Positions 39,802 through 51,530 of a DNA stretch of 64,000 nt are shown piece by piece. The notes under the pieces were generated by a model. The model made no database searches. It saw nothing but the letters and a program-made list of their open reading frames with translations, and was not told the DNA's origin. This stretch comes from Scyliorhinus canicula. Taxonomy: Eukaryota. Location of the stretch: NCBI RefSeq assembly GCF_902713615.1, contig NC_052152.1:51497810-51561809 (forward strand). The letters run 5' to 3'. A program made the translations under genes and the position numbers. Each line of letters begins with the position of its first letter. Position 1 is the first letter of the stretch.

Positions 39802-40860
39802 GGAGAAATGTAAGTTAATTGGTTGGTGTGTCACTGCTGTCGGGAGGGTTATCAAATTACTGAGAATTAGAAAAACGCATTTTTTAAAAAAGGGTCTCCA
39901 TACATTTAAGAAAGAAACACAAGCAATGAGGGCTGGCCAACTGTGAAGAGTGTCCTACAGTCAGTGTCACAGTATGCAGTCTGGAAAACTGCTGATTAGA
40001 AATAGGAACTGGTGAGTATCTATTCTACCATTTGATAGTACAATAAGAATACAGGTACGGACTGAAGTTACAGAATCAGCATCTGGAGTAGAAGTCCTTA
40101 GTGTTATTAATATGAAATGAAATGAAAATCGCTTATTGTCACGAGTAGGCTTCAAATGAAGTTACTGTGAAAAGCCCCTAGTCGCCACATTCCGGCGCCT
40201 GTTCGGGGAGACTGTTACGGGAATATTCTTGAACTAATATTCTTGAACTTGGAAGTATCAAGGGAAGTGATCTCAATGTAAGCCATGGCAAGACAGCTTG
40301 GCGACATGGAATGCCCCTCATGTGCTATGTGGGAAATCAGGGACACTCCCAGGGTCTAGGATGACCATGTGTGCAGGAAGTGTCTCCAGCTGCAGCAACT
40401 GGAAATCCATGCATCGGAGCTAGAATAACTCTGGGGCAGCCATGAGGCTGATATTTTTGCGGATAGCTCATTTACAGAAGTGGTCATTACTTCTCAGGGG
40501 AATGCAATAAAAGCCAAATCCATGACGTCAGGGGTGGCTCAACTGTGCAGACAGGGAGGAAAAGAGGGGTAGAGCTATAGTGATAGAGGATTCAATTGAA
40601 AATGGAACAGATTGCTGCTTCTGTGGCCATAAAATTATTTCCAGGATGTTATGTTGCCTCCAAGGTGTTAGGATCCAGGATGTCACAGAGTGGCTGCAGA
40701 ACATTTTACAGGGGGGGGGGGGGGGGGGGGGGGGGGGAGGAGAGGAGATAGGTGACGGCAAAGACCTAGCGATCTTGGTACACATTGATACAAGTGACAC
40801 AGGTAAAATAGGAATGAGATCCTGGAATGAATACAGGGGGTTAGGTGTTAAATTAAGAAG

Positions 40861-42092
40861 TGTAAAAGTAAAAATGGGAAAATATGTCATTTGAAACATG
40901 GAAGTCTGGCAAACCTGACCCAGGGGTACATGAGAAAATGTAGGGAAAAAAATCCCACGAAGGGTTAACAGCAGCTGCAAAAGAAGGTTTTCAAATGCAG
41001 ATAGCTTTTATCAAAAAGGCTTTAAGAAAACAGCTTGTGACTATTCAAGCTGTAAAACTGATGCACGTCTTTTAAGTCACAGCAGATTGAACTTTTAGTT
41101 ATATGAAAAAAAGCTATATTTTGCACCTTCTTTGAAGTTAATTATTTTAGTAACCAGCTAAAAAAGAATTGCTAGGATCTTCAGTTGAATTGGGTGACAA
41201 TTGTTTAGGTGTGAAATTCTGCTGACACCAGGTGAATATGGGAAGCTGGAGACAACGTGTCCATGTGAACACACATTAGCCCAAATTAGAGTCAGAGTTC
41301 TGACAAGCTAAGGGCACTATTTTGTAATAAAGCAACTTTAGAAGTGATAGAAACCAGATGTAACACCCCTCTGGGATCAAAGCACTTTTGAACATCACAA
41401 GGGAAACAATGTAATCAGAGTTCGATGAGCTGAAGTCATGTTCATGAAGTTGTGTTAGAAATAATTCAGATTAAAGGTACCTTGTACAATCAAGAGTAAA
41501 ATAAAGTTACTTTACAATAATGTAATATAAACTTAATAACTGCTAGAAGGAGAATATAAACCCTAAATCAGGGACAGTCAGCAGAGTCAGCTCTCATAGC
41601 TGCCCTCGGTCATGGGAAGGATAGAGCACAGAAACTGAGCGGAGCAGCGAATCCAGCTGAGGAAGATCAAAAGCTAAAGAAGAGAGACGGTCAAGGTAGA
41701 CCTGAAGGTCTTTTTAACCAACCAGGAGAATCCAGAAGATCTTTTGACTTTTCTGTAAAGTCAGTGATTGCATCTTTTAAAAGAAAAAATATAATAACAA
41801 TGTAACTCAAAAGTTTTAACCTGAAACAGTGTCATTACAAAGTCTACTTTACTTGCTTAGCGACACGGTACCCAGGATCGATGCTACTAAGTGGTAAGTA
41901 GATAAAATTCTTCTATGAAGATATGGGTTGTACCGGGGGATAACTTGAAAATATAGATTGACCCGAACAGCACCCACCTAAGCCTGCATCGGAGTCTGGG
42001 AGTGAGAATCCCTGTTCACCATTTAGAATGTTTTATTGACCCTTTTTGGTATAGGGGGAATTCTAAGAATAGTGGTGAGTTTTTTTACTTCA
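40861..42092. mobile_element. Long (1232 bp) solo LTR-like insertion in CR1 ORF1
   Basis: TG...CA ends, 4-bp TSD GAAG; CR1 ORF1 resumes after it. Confidence 0.7.
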
Positions 42093-42957
42093 GAAGCAGA
42101 AACCTCTGAGGTAGTAATCTCAGGATTACTCCTAGTGCCACGTGCTGGCGAGAGTGGAAATAGGAAGACGGTAAAATGAATGTGTGGCTTGAGGGGTGGT
42201 GTAGGAGGATGGATTTCAGATTCCTGAGGAATTGGGACAGGTTCTGGTGATGATGGGGCATGTACAGACTGGATGGGTTAAACTTCCAACAGGACCGGGA
42301 CCAATATCCTTGCAGAGGCTTTTGCTAGAGCTATTATTGAGGCTTTAATCTAGTTTGGAAGGGGGTGGGTACCAGAGCAGGGAGTAAGGGGAGATGAAAA
42401 CTGGGTTAGAAACAATCGGTAGAAATGTCAAAGCAAAAGAGGAAGTCATTGGGATCAAAGGCAAAAAACTAACAGTGACTCTATTGTCCCTAGAGATGGG
42501 CTTAGTGTAAGGAAACATGGTAGAAAAACAAAATTACGAGTTCTGTATCGTAATGCATGTTGCATAAAAAGTAACATAAATGACCTGCGTCACAAATAAA
42601 ATGATTTGTTAGCCATTATATGGGGTTGTAAGGAGAAAGTCAATATTCAGGGTTATGTCACTTTTGAGGAATGAAAAGCAGGAACAGGTGGTGGGGTAGC
42701 CGAGAGGAAATAAGTACAGTTCTGGGGGATGATCTAGGCCCAGAATGTGGAGTCGATTTGGGTGGAAAGGAAGAGAATAGTCGGAGTATTGTACAGGCCG
42801 CTGAAAAGTAGTCACATTACAGGAAATCAAAAAATAACAAATGCATGCAAGAACAGCACTGCATTAATCATGGGCGACTTTAATCTTCATATTGATTGGG
42901 CTAATCAAATTGGAAATGCCAGCCAAGGGAATTAATTTATAGACTACATTTGCGATG

Positions 42958-45794
42958 TGTGATGATATGATCTGCATACTCATCTGCCATTGGGCCAGAA
43001 TGTCGGCTTACCATTGGCCCTGGTCGGTCATGTGCCTCTCGACCGATTGGCCGAGAGGCTGAGTTAACCACGCCTCTATTAACGAGGTATAAATGCTCAA
43101 ACGCCTGACGATCGTCCCTTTCCACTGTAGACGATCGCAGAGCTGTGTTCTAGTTAATTAAAGCCAGACTTTGGTAAATCACTCGCCTCGCGTGCAATCG
43201 ATGGTACATCAATTTAATTAACTACGACTTTGAAGATGGAGTTCCGCATCAAGCCCGAATGCCTCCGCATCAGCCCGCAAACTCCGAACTCTGCAGAACT
43301 TTTCCAACTCTGGCTGACTTGCCTCGAAGGGTTCCGAGCATCTACAACCACCCCCCCCACCGGGGCACAGAAGCTGCACGTCCTCCACTCCAGCGTGGGT
43401 ATTGACGCTTATGCCATAATCAAAGAGGAAACGGATTTTGATGACGCTATACAAAAGCTAAAAGGACAATTCATCAAACCGATCAACAGGGTATTCGCTC
43501 GACATCTGCTGGCCACCAGAAAGCAGGTCCCCGGTGAGTCTCTAAGCCAATACGCCCGGGCACTCTATGCCCTGGGGAGAGGTTGCGCCTGTGTAGCGAT
43601 GTCCGCTACAGAGCACATGGAGCTACTCATCAGAGACGCTTACGTGGCTGGGATGCTGTCTCCCATGATCCGCCAGCGGATGCTGGAAAGAGACGAACTC
43701 AGTTTAACGGAGACGCTGACTCTCTCCGCCTCCCTGGAGGTCGCAGATCTAAGCGCTCGCACCTATGACCCTGGCCAGGGCGCCTCCTGGCACGCTTCCC
43801 ACCAGCCACCCGCCGCTCCCGGCCTCCCTCAGGCTTGTGCCACGGGGCGCCCCGATAAATCCGCGGTGCCCCGCTGCTACTTTTGCAGGTACGCTAAACA
43901 CCCTCGCTCGCGCTGCCCAGCCTGCTCCGCCCTCTGTAAGAGCTGCGGGAAGAAGGGCCACTACTCCACGGTCTGCCAGGCCAAAACGCTGGCTGCAGCG
44001 CTTCTGGAAGCTGCACAGCACTCTCCCCCCCTCCCCCAGGCCTCTGCAAACGGCCTGTGTGCCTCTCTCTCTCTCCTCCAGGGCCCCTCCAGCCGCTCCC
44101 GACTCGCGCCCCGCCAGCCGACAAGCGCACCTCCCTGACCCCTCCAGGCCTCTGCCAGCCTGCCCTGCACGTTTCTCCGCCGCCCCCGGGCCTCGGCGCC
44201 CGACCGGCTCGCCTCTCCGGGCCCTCCCGGTCCCTGCCTGCCCGCAGCGCGACTCTGCTCCCCCCGCCCCCGGCCCCCCGCACCCGGCCCGCGCGCCTTA
44301 CCTCCTCCCGCAGCTGCTGCACCTAACCGGCGTCCTGGAGCCGGCCTGAGCGTCCCCACAGCTGATGCACCTAACCGGCGTCCTGGAGCCAGCCTGCGCA
44401 TCCCCACAGCTGATGCATGTTACTCACCTCCTGGAGCCGGCCTGCGCGTCCCCACAGCTGCTACACCCGGCTCGCCTCCTGGAGCCGGCCTGCGCGCCTC
44501 ACCTCATCAGCTCACAGCGCCGGCAATGCTAGCTCCGCCACCAGCGGCCACGATGGCTTCCTGGGCGCCGCCATCCTGGGGTGCCGACCCCACGTGCGGG
44601 TCCTGGGCGCCGCCATCTTGGGGCCCCGACCCCACATGCGGATACTGGGCGCCGCCATCTTGGGGAACAGACCTCACATGTGGATCCTGGCCACCGACTT
44701 CCAGATCTGCCACGCAAGGTCCCTCCAGCATCGAATCGGACAGCGACGACGGATTTTCTCCACGGCTCGCGGCCGTTCACCTCACATATGGATCCTGGCC
44801 ACCGACTTCCAGATCTGCCACGCAAGGTCCCTCCAGCATCGACTCGGACGGCGACGACGGATTTTCTCCACGGCTCACGGCCGTTTAACTCGACCAGTCT
44901 CATCCACGCACGCTCGCCAAAACGACTACGCTGATCCACCTCAACGGCCACGAGACGGACTGCCTGCTGGACTCCGGGAGCACGGAAAGCTTTGTTCACC
45001 CCGACACGGTAAGACGCTGCGCGCTCCCTGTCCATCCCGTAACACGCAAAATCGGTTTAGCCTCAGGTTCGCACTCCGTCCACATCACCGGGTGCTGCAT
45101 CGCGGACCTCACGGTCCAAGGGAAGGTTTTTAAAAATTATAAATTCCTTGTCCTCCCTGACCTTTGCGCACCGGCACTCCTAGGACTGGACTTCCAGTGC
45201 AACCTGCAGAGCTTGACCTTTCAATTCGGCGGCCCTATACCCCCCCTCACTGTCTGCAGCCTCGCGTCCCTCAAAGTGGACCCTCCCTCCCTGTTTGCTA
45301 ACCTCACCCCCGATTGCAAACCCGTCGCCACATGGAGCAGACGGTACAGCGCCCAGGACCGATCCTTCATCAGGTCCGAGGTCCAGAGGTTGCTGACGGA
45401 AGGGGTCATCGAGGCCAGCAACAGCCCCTGGCGAGCCCAAGTGCTGGTGGTCCGGACGGGGGAGAAAAACCGGATGGTCATCGATTACAGCCAAACCATC
45501 AATCGGTTTACGCAACTGGACGCGTATCCTCTTCCCTGTATTTCTACCATGGTAAACGAGATCGCGACATACAAGGTCTTCTCAACTGTGGACCTTAAGT
45601 CCGCTTACCACCAGCTCCCCATCGACCGATTGGCCGAGAGGCTGAGTTAACCACGGCTCTATTAACGAGGTATAAATGCTCAAACGCCTGACGATCGTCC
45701 CTTTCCACTGTAGACGATCGCAGAGCTGTGTTCTAGTTAATTAAAGCCAGACTTTGGTAAATCACTCGCCTCGCGTGCAATCGATGGTACATCA
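42958..45794 (+). mobile_element. Internally deleted Gypsy/Ty3 element (element 1)
   Basis: 5' LTR 42958-43211; gag with two CCHC knuckles; protease LLDSGST; RT N-terminus joined directly to a partial 3' LTR (45622-45794). 5-bp flanks CGATG/GGATG. Confidence 0.92.
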
Positions 45795-45815
45795 GGATGT
45801 TTTGTTGGAGCGGAT

Positions 45816-46398
45816 TAGATTCAGAATGCAGCGGGATAGATTCCGAATGCAGCGGGATAGATTCCGAATGCAGCGGCATAGATCAGAATGCAGCGGCATA
45901 GATTCAGAGTGCAGCGGGATAGATTCAGAATGCAGCGGCATAGATTCAGAGTGCAGCGGGATAGATTCCGAATGCAGCGGGATAGATTCAGAGTGCAGCG
46001 GGATAGATTCCGAGTGCAGCGGGATAGATTCAGAGTGCAGCGGGATAGATTCCGAATGCCGCGAGATAGATTCAGAGTGCAGCCGGATAGATTCAGAATG
46101 CAGCGGGATAGATTCAGAATGCAGCGGGATAGATTCAGAGTGCAGCCGGATAGATTCAGAGTGCAGCCGGATAGATTCCGAATGCAGCCGGATAGATTCC
46201 GAATGCAGCCGGATAGATTCCGAATGCAGCCGGATAGATTCCGAATGCAGCCGGATAGATTCCGAATGCAGCCGGATAGATTCCGAATGCAGCGGGATAG
46301 ATTCAGAATGCAGCGGGATAGATTCCGAATGCAGCCGGATACATTCCGAATGCAGCGGGATAGATTCCGAATGCAGCGGGATAGATTCCGAATGCAGC
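45816..46398. repeat. 21-bp minisatellite, about 28 copies
   Basis: tagattc(c/a)gaatgcagc(g/c)gga units. Confidence 0.95.
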
Positions 46399-47608
46399 AA
46401 AGCTGGGCTAAAAAATAATCAGAAAGGAGAAAATAAATTCTAAGGACAAGCTAGCAAGAAATGTAAAAACAAACAATGAGCTTTTTAAAAGTACATTTAA
46501 AGGAAGAGAAAAGTAAAAGAAAACATTGGCCCCTTAGAGAATGAAACTGGGGAATGAAATAGAGTCATACAGTCACCATCACCAAATAATTAGTTTTAGG
46601 CAAACTAATGGGGTTAAAGGCTGAGCAGATCCCTGCACCCCAGGATCTTAAAGGGGTAGCTAGAGAGATTGTGGATGCATCCCGTTGGTAGTCATTTTCC
46701 AAAAATCCTTGGATTCTGGAACTGTGCAAAAGGATTGGAAAACTGCCAATGTGGTACCCTTGTTCAAAAAGGGAAGGAGACAAAGTGGAGAAAACTGCAG
46801 GCCAGTTAGTCTAACTGCAGTTATTGGAAAAATATTAGAATCAATTAATAAGGAGAGAATAGCATTTGGAATGTCATAAGCCAATCAAACAACGTCAGCA
46901 TGCTTTCATGAAGCAGAAATCATGTCTTACAAATTTACTGAAGTTGTTTGAGGCGGTATCAGCTGCAGTAAATAGAGAAGAACCAGTCGGTCTATTTTTG
47001 ATAAAGCATTTGATAAGGTGCCACACAAAAGGCTACAATGCAAGATAGAAACTCATGGTGTTTCTATCATGGTAGAGGAATGACTTACTAATGGGAAGCA
47101 GCAAGTAGCGATAGGGGGGTCTTCCTCAGTTTGGAGGGCAGTACCCAGTGCAGTGACATCAAGATCAGTGCTGGGACCACAGCGCTTCACAGTATATATT
47201 AATGATTTGGGGAAAGGAGCAGAGTGTACTCTGGCAAAATCTGCAGGTGATGCAACGGTGGAGGGAAAGCAGGTTGTCACGAAAATAGGAATAGTTTACA
47301 GTAAGATATTGACAGGTTAAGTAAGTAGGCAGAAAATTGACAAATGGAATTCAAAGCGGGAAAATGTGAGATTGTTCATTTTGGAAGAACTAATGAGAAG
47401 GTAGATTATTATTCAAATGGAGAGAGACTGCAGAAAGCTACAGCACAAGGGGATTTATGAGTCCTTGTTCATGAAACCCAGAAAGCTAGGTGTAGAAAGT
47501 AACATAGAAGGATAAATGGAATGTTGGCTTTTATTTTAAAGGGGCTGGAATATAAAAGTAAAAACCTGCAACTGTACAAGGTACTAGTGAGGCCACATTT
47601 AAGATACT

Positions 47609-48110
47609 GGGCGGGATTCTCCCCGGCCTCCGCACCGCAATCGCGCTTGGCACTGGGGCGGAGAAGAGTGTTGGCGCCAAAATTCGGTGCAATGCCGTTC
47701 CCGCGATTCTCCAGTTAATGTGGCACCGGTCGGGGGCCATTGAAAGAGGCTCCCGCGGCGATTCTCTGCCACCAACTGGCCGAGTTCCCACCGGCGTGGT
47801 TCTAACATGGTTCCACCCAGCGGGCACATAGGCTGGGAGCTGCGGACCCAGTCTGCGGCTGCACTGGTGGGGTGGGGGGGGGGGGGGGGATCAGTCGCCG
47901 GGGGGCCTCCAGGACGGCCAGGCTCGCGATCAGGGGCCACCGATCGGCAGGCGTATACGATCTGGGGGGGTCCCATATTTTGGGGGCTGGTCCGCCATGT
48001 TGCGCAGGGCCGCCGCCATGTTGCGCAGGGCCGCCGCCGCGCGCAGCCGCCGTGTGCATGTGCGGACCCGCGGCCGAAAGCGCAGGGCCCCATATCGGCA
48101 GTCGCCACTC
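47609..48110. mobile_element. Truncated PIF/Harbinger-type MITE
   Basis: Left TIR GGGCGGGATTCTC and internal similarity to 12067-12777; right end missing. Confidence 0.65.
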
Positions 48111-48224
48111 TTGGAAATGGTTCTAATGTGAAACATTTATAGGCAGCCTTCTTGCACAGCCATCTTGAGTTGGCACCAGGCATTGTGCTACTGAAAACAC
48201 CTGGGCACCCTGGCACTTCCACCC

Positions 48225-48510
48225 TGATGTACCATCAATTGAATGCGAGACGAGTTGCTGAACAAAAGTATGGCTTTAATCTACTTGATGTTAGCCCTGC
48301 GGTCGATTACAGTATAAGGACGGCCGCCGGGAGTACTGGGTATTTATACCGCGCCTTGGAGGTGGGGTTAACTCAGCCTCTCGACCAATCAGGGAGCCGT
48401 CACATGACTGGTCTCAACCAACCGGTCGAGAGGCACATGACCGACCAGGGTCAATGGTAAGCCGGTGTTCTGCACCAATGGCAGGCGGCTATGCTAATCA
48501 TCCCACCACA
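48225..48510 (-). mobile_element. Solo LTR related to elements 1 and 2
   Basis: Minus strand TGTGGTG...GATGGTACATCA; perfect 5-bp TSD CACCC; shares blocks with the element 1 LTR. Confidence 0.9.
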
Positions 48511-48699
48511 CACCCTGGCAGTGCTCCTGCCAGCTTGTCAGTACCACTGGGCACCTTTGCATTGACATTTGACTTCCAGTGACAGGGATATGCTGAGCAG
48601 TCACACATCAGGTGGCTCTTCAACGAAAGACAAGATAATAGGTGCTTTTAGTTGAATTTAGCACATAAAAACCGGACTAAAACATCCCCTCACCCTCAC

Positions 48700-50290
48700 C
48701 AACACTAAGAACAATAAAGATACCAGGAAGCAGCAGTTCAAGAGGCCACAGTGACAACAAAAATGACGGCAACGGACAGGAACGGCTGGCAAGCGGGTCA
48801 GCAGACCCATGAGGTGCGAGACCTCCCGGCCACTCCCAGAGAGGGAGACCAGCGACCCGAAAAACGAGCTCCACCCCCTGTCACCACACTGCCCTGCAGA
48901 CCTTGACCAAAAGAACGGACTGGATTACAAGGGAGGCAGTGATATGGTGGACACAGAGGAGGCAGAGAAAACCAATGAACAATTTGCACCGGACTGTATC
49001 ACCTTGTTATGAACAAGGGAACCAGTCTGCAGACAGGGGGCAATTACAGCAGAGCGCAGGAGAGAGTGAGAAGACAGAGGGGAAACGACACAGCAGGTCA
49101 CTGAAGGAGGGTAGGACCCACTAGAGGGGGGGGGGGGGCACCACACTAACAGGAAAGCTAATGCCAGGAGGTATGAGCAAAGGGGGGGGGGGGGGTGCAT
49201 GGCGCATCTCCCAACAAGGAGAGAGCAACTGGCAACGGGGGGGGGGCACGACACCAAGTGGGGTGGAAAGCAGAGGGGCAAACAGGGGGAGAAAGATGGG
49301 GGGCAATGGGGGGACTGGAGGGGGCAGCACAAGGAGGGGGAAACAAATCCGCAGGGGAAACAAAACGGCAGGGAGGTGGGGGAAGGGCTCTAGACTGGCT
49401 TCAACAGATCACTCTTGGAAACATGAAACAAGATGGCACCACAAGCAGTTACTTTGGAGAGTCGCTGATCAAGGCAAACCCCGGGGCTCACCCACATGCG
49501 GACATACAGTTGGTGGCCATGTTGGGTGATCCCTGGACATAGGGAAACCCCGGGGCTCACCCACATGCGTACATACAGTTGGTGGCCATGTTGGGTGATC
49601 CCTGAACAAAGGGATGCCTCAGAGTGCAGGGACACGGCCTCATGGTGAGTCGGTGACCATGGCCATTTTGGATGGCTCCCTAACAAAGGGAAATCCCGGT
49701 ACAACATGGTCAGTGGTGTTCTAAACATGGCAACAGTGTCCAGGTGAACGTGTATCCGTCCAACTGGGATGACACAGAGTTTGTAAAAAAGACCATAGTG
49801 CAAAACTCCAATTGAGGTATGCACTGACTGATCACGTTTGGAGACTTTAACTGTGTACAGGACCCACTGACGGACGGATGGAAACCTAAAATGGGAAAAA
49901 CGGCAGGCATGGTTAGAGAACTAAGGACATTTATGGAGCAGCTCAGGGCAGTGGACTCATGGAGGTTCAGGCAGCCAGGTGAGGAGGAATTCTCATTTTT
50001 TTCACCAGTACACAGGATCTGCACCTGCACCAACTTCTTTGTAGTGGGAAAATCGGTGCTTCCAGAGATATTCAGAGCAGAGTACTCCGCGATTGAAATC
50101 TCCAACCATGCTCTACATTACATGGGACAGAGATGGGAGGGGGTTGTATTACAATAATACAAAAAGGGAGGCAGGTTTGGTAAAGCGGATGGGTTTAGGG
50201 GGAGCCAATACCAAGACTGAGCTCTTGTAACTTGTATCTGATCCACATACCTTTGTTCATTGTCCAAGAGCAATGTATGAAATGAAATGT
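48700..50290 (+). mobile_element. Degraded, internally deleted L1 with endonuclease remnant
   Basis: GDFNCVQDP...DSWRF...EFSFFSPVH APE-like motifs at about 49830-50110, then an L1-like 3' UTR with AATAAA; 69-bp tandem duplication at 49476/49545. Confidence 0.65.
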
Positions 50291-50461
50291 CAATAAAAAT
50301 ATTTTTCAAAAACAAAATGGTAAAATTTTGCAGCTTCCCCCATTCCATAAAACCATTGCCAAATCATGCGTCCTTCTAAATCTGTCCTGCATTGATTGAC
50401 TCCACATAAGGGCCCACATACCACTCTCACCATGATGTCTATTCCCACCGATAACATACAG

Positions 50462-50736
50462 ATTATTATAATAATATTTATTAGTCTCACAAGTAGGCTT
50501 ACATTAACACTGCAATGAAGTTACTGTGAAAATCCCCGAGTCGCCACACTACGATGCCTGTTCGGGTACAATGAGGGAGAATTCAGAATGTCCAATTCAC
50601 CTATCAAGCATGTATTTTGCTTGACATGGGGAGAATGTGCAGACTCCGCATAGACAGTGACCCAAGCCAGGAATCGAACCCTGGTCTCGGAGGCTGTGAA
50701 GCAACAGTGCTAACCACTGTGCTAGCATGCTGCCCC
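50462..50736 (-). mobile_element. V-SINE variant with attattatt tail
   Basis: Same tail as 16685-16990; internal deletion. Confidence 0.8.
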
Positions 50737-50963
50737 CATTGTATAGGATTCATTTCTATAGAAAGATTGAGGGGTGGTGACCTTAAGAGAGCTCTCCAGG
50801 ATAAAGAATGACTTGCACTTAAATTGTGCCATTCACAACCGCCCACCCAGGGCGCACAGCCATTTAAATGTTGCCACTATTATAATGCTGGAAACAAAAG
50901 CTTTTATTACACTGGGGTTTGATACAGCTGCTTAATCTCACTGAGGGTCACTGAAAACAGATT

Positions 50964-51530
50964 GGGCAGCATGGTAGTGCGGTGGTAAGCACTGTGGCTT
51001 CACAGCTTAGAACATAGATAGAACATAGAACAGTACAGCACAGAACAGGCCCTTCGGCCCTCGATGTTGTGCCGAGCAATGATCACCCTACTTAAACCCA
51101 CGTAACCCGTATACCCGTAACCCAACAATCCCCCACATTAACCTTACACTACGGGCAATTTAGCATGGCCAATCCACCTAACCCGCACATTTTTGGACTG
51201 TGGGAGGAAACCGGAGCACCCGGAGGAAACCCACGCACACAGGGGGAGGACGTGCAGACTCCTAGCTCTAGGGACCCAGGTTCGAATCCCGGCTTGGGCC
51301 ACTGTCTGTCCGGAGTCTGCACGTTCTCCCTGTGTCTGCCTGGGTTTCCTCCGGGTGCTCCGGTTTCCTTCCACAAATGTCGAAAGACATGCTTGTTAGG
51401 TGAATTGGACATTCTGAATTCTCCCTCTGACCCCGAACAGGCGCCGGAGTGTGGTGACTAGGGGATTTCACAGTAACTTCATTGCAGTGTTAATCTAAGC
51501 CTACTTGTGACAATAATAAAGATTATTATT
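50964..51530 (+). mobile_element. V-SINE split by an antisense HE1-like SINE (about 51009-51265)
   Basis: Head at 50964-51008; body resumes at 51268. Confidence 0.8.

Larger units (their letters stand above)
40285..47605 (+). mobile_element. Long interrupted CR1 (HER1-like) LINE
   Basis: ORF1 Cys-rich start (CPSCAMWEI...CRKC) and esterase-like region; ORF2 endonuclease (IMGDFNL) and RT remnants. Interrupted by a solo LTR, Gypsy element 1 and a minisatellite. Confidence 0.8.

Noticed and set aside
45754-46443. SECSGID-repeat ORF, or a CRISPR-like array
   Set aside because: A pure 21-bp tandem repeat with no unique spacers and no cas genes, in vertebrate DNA.
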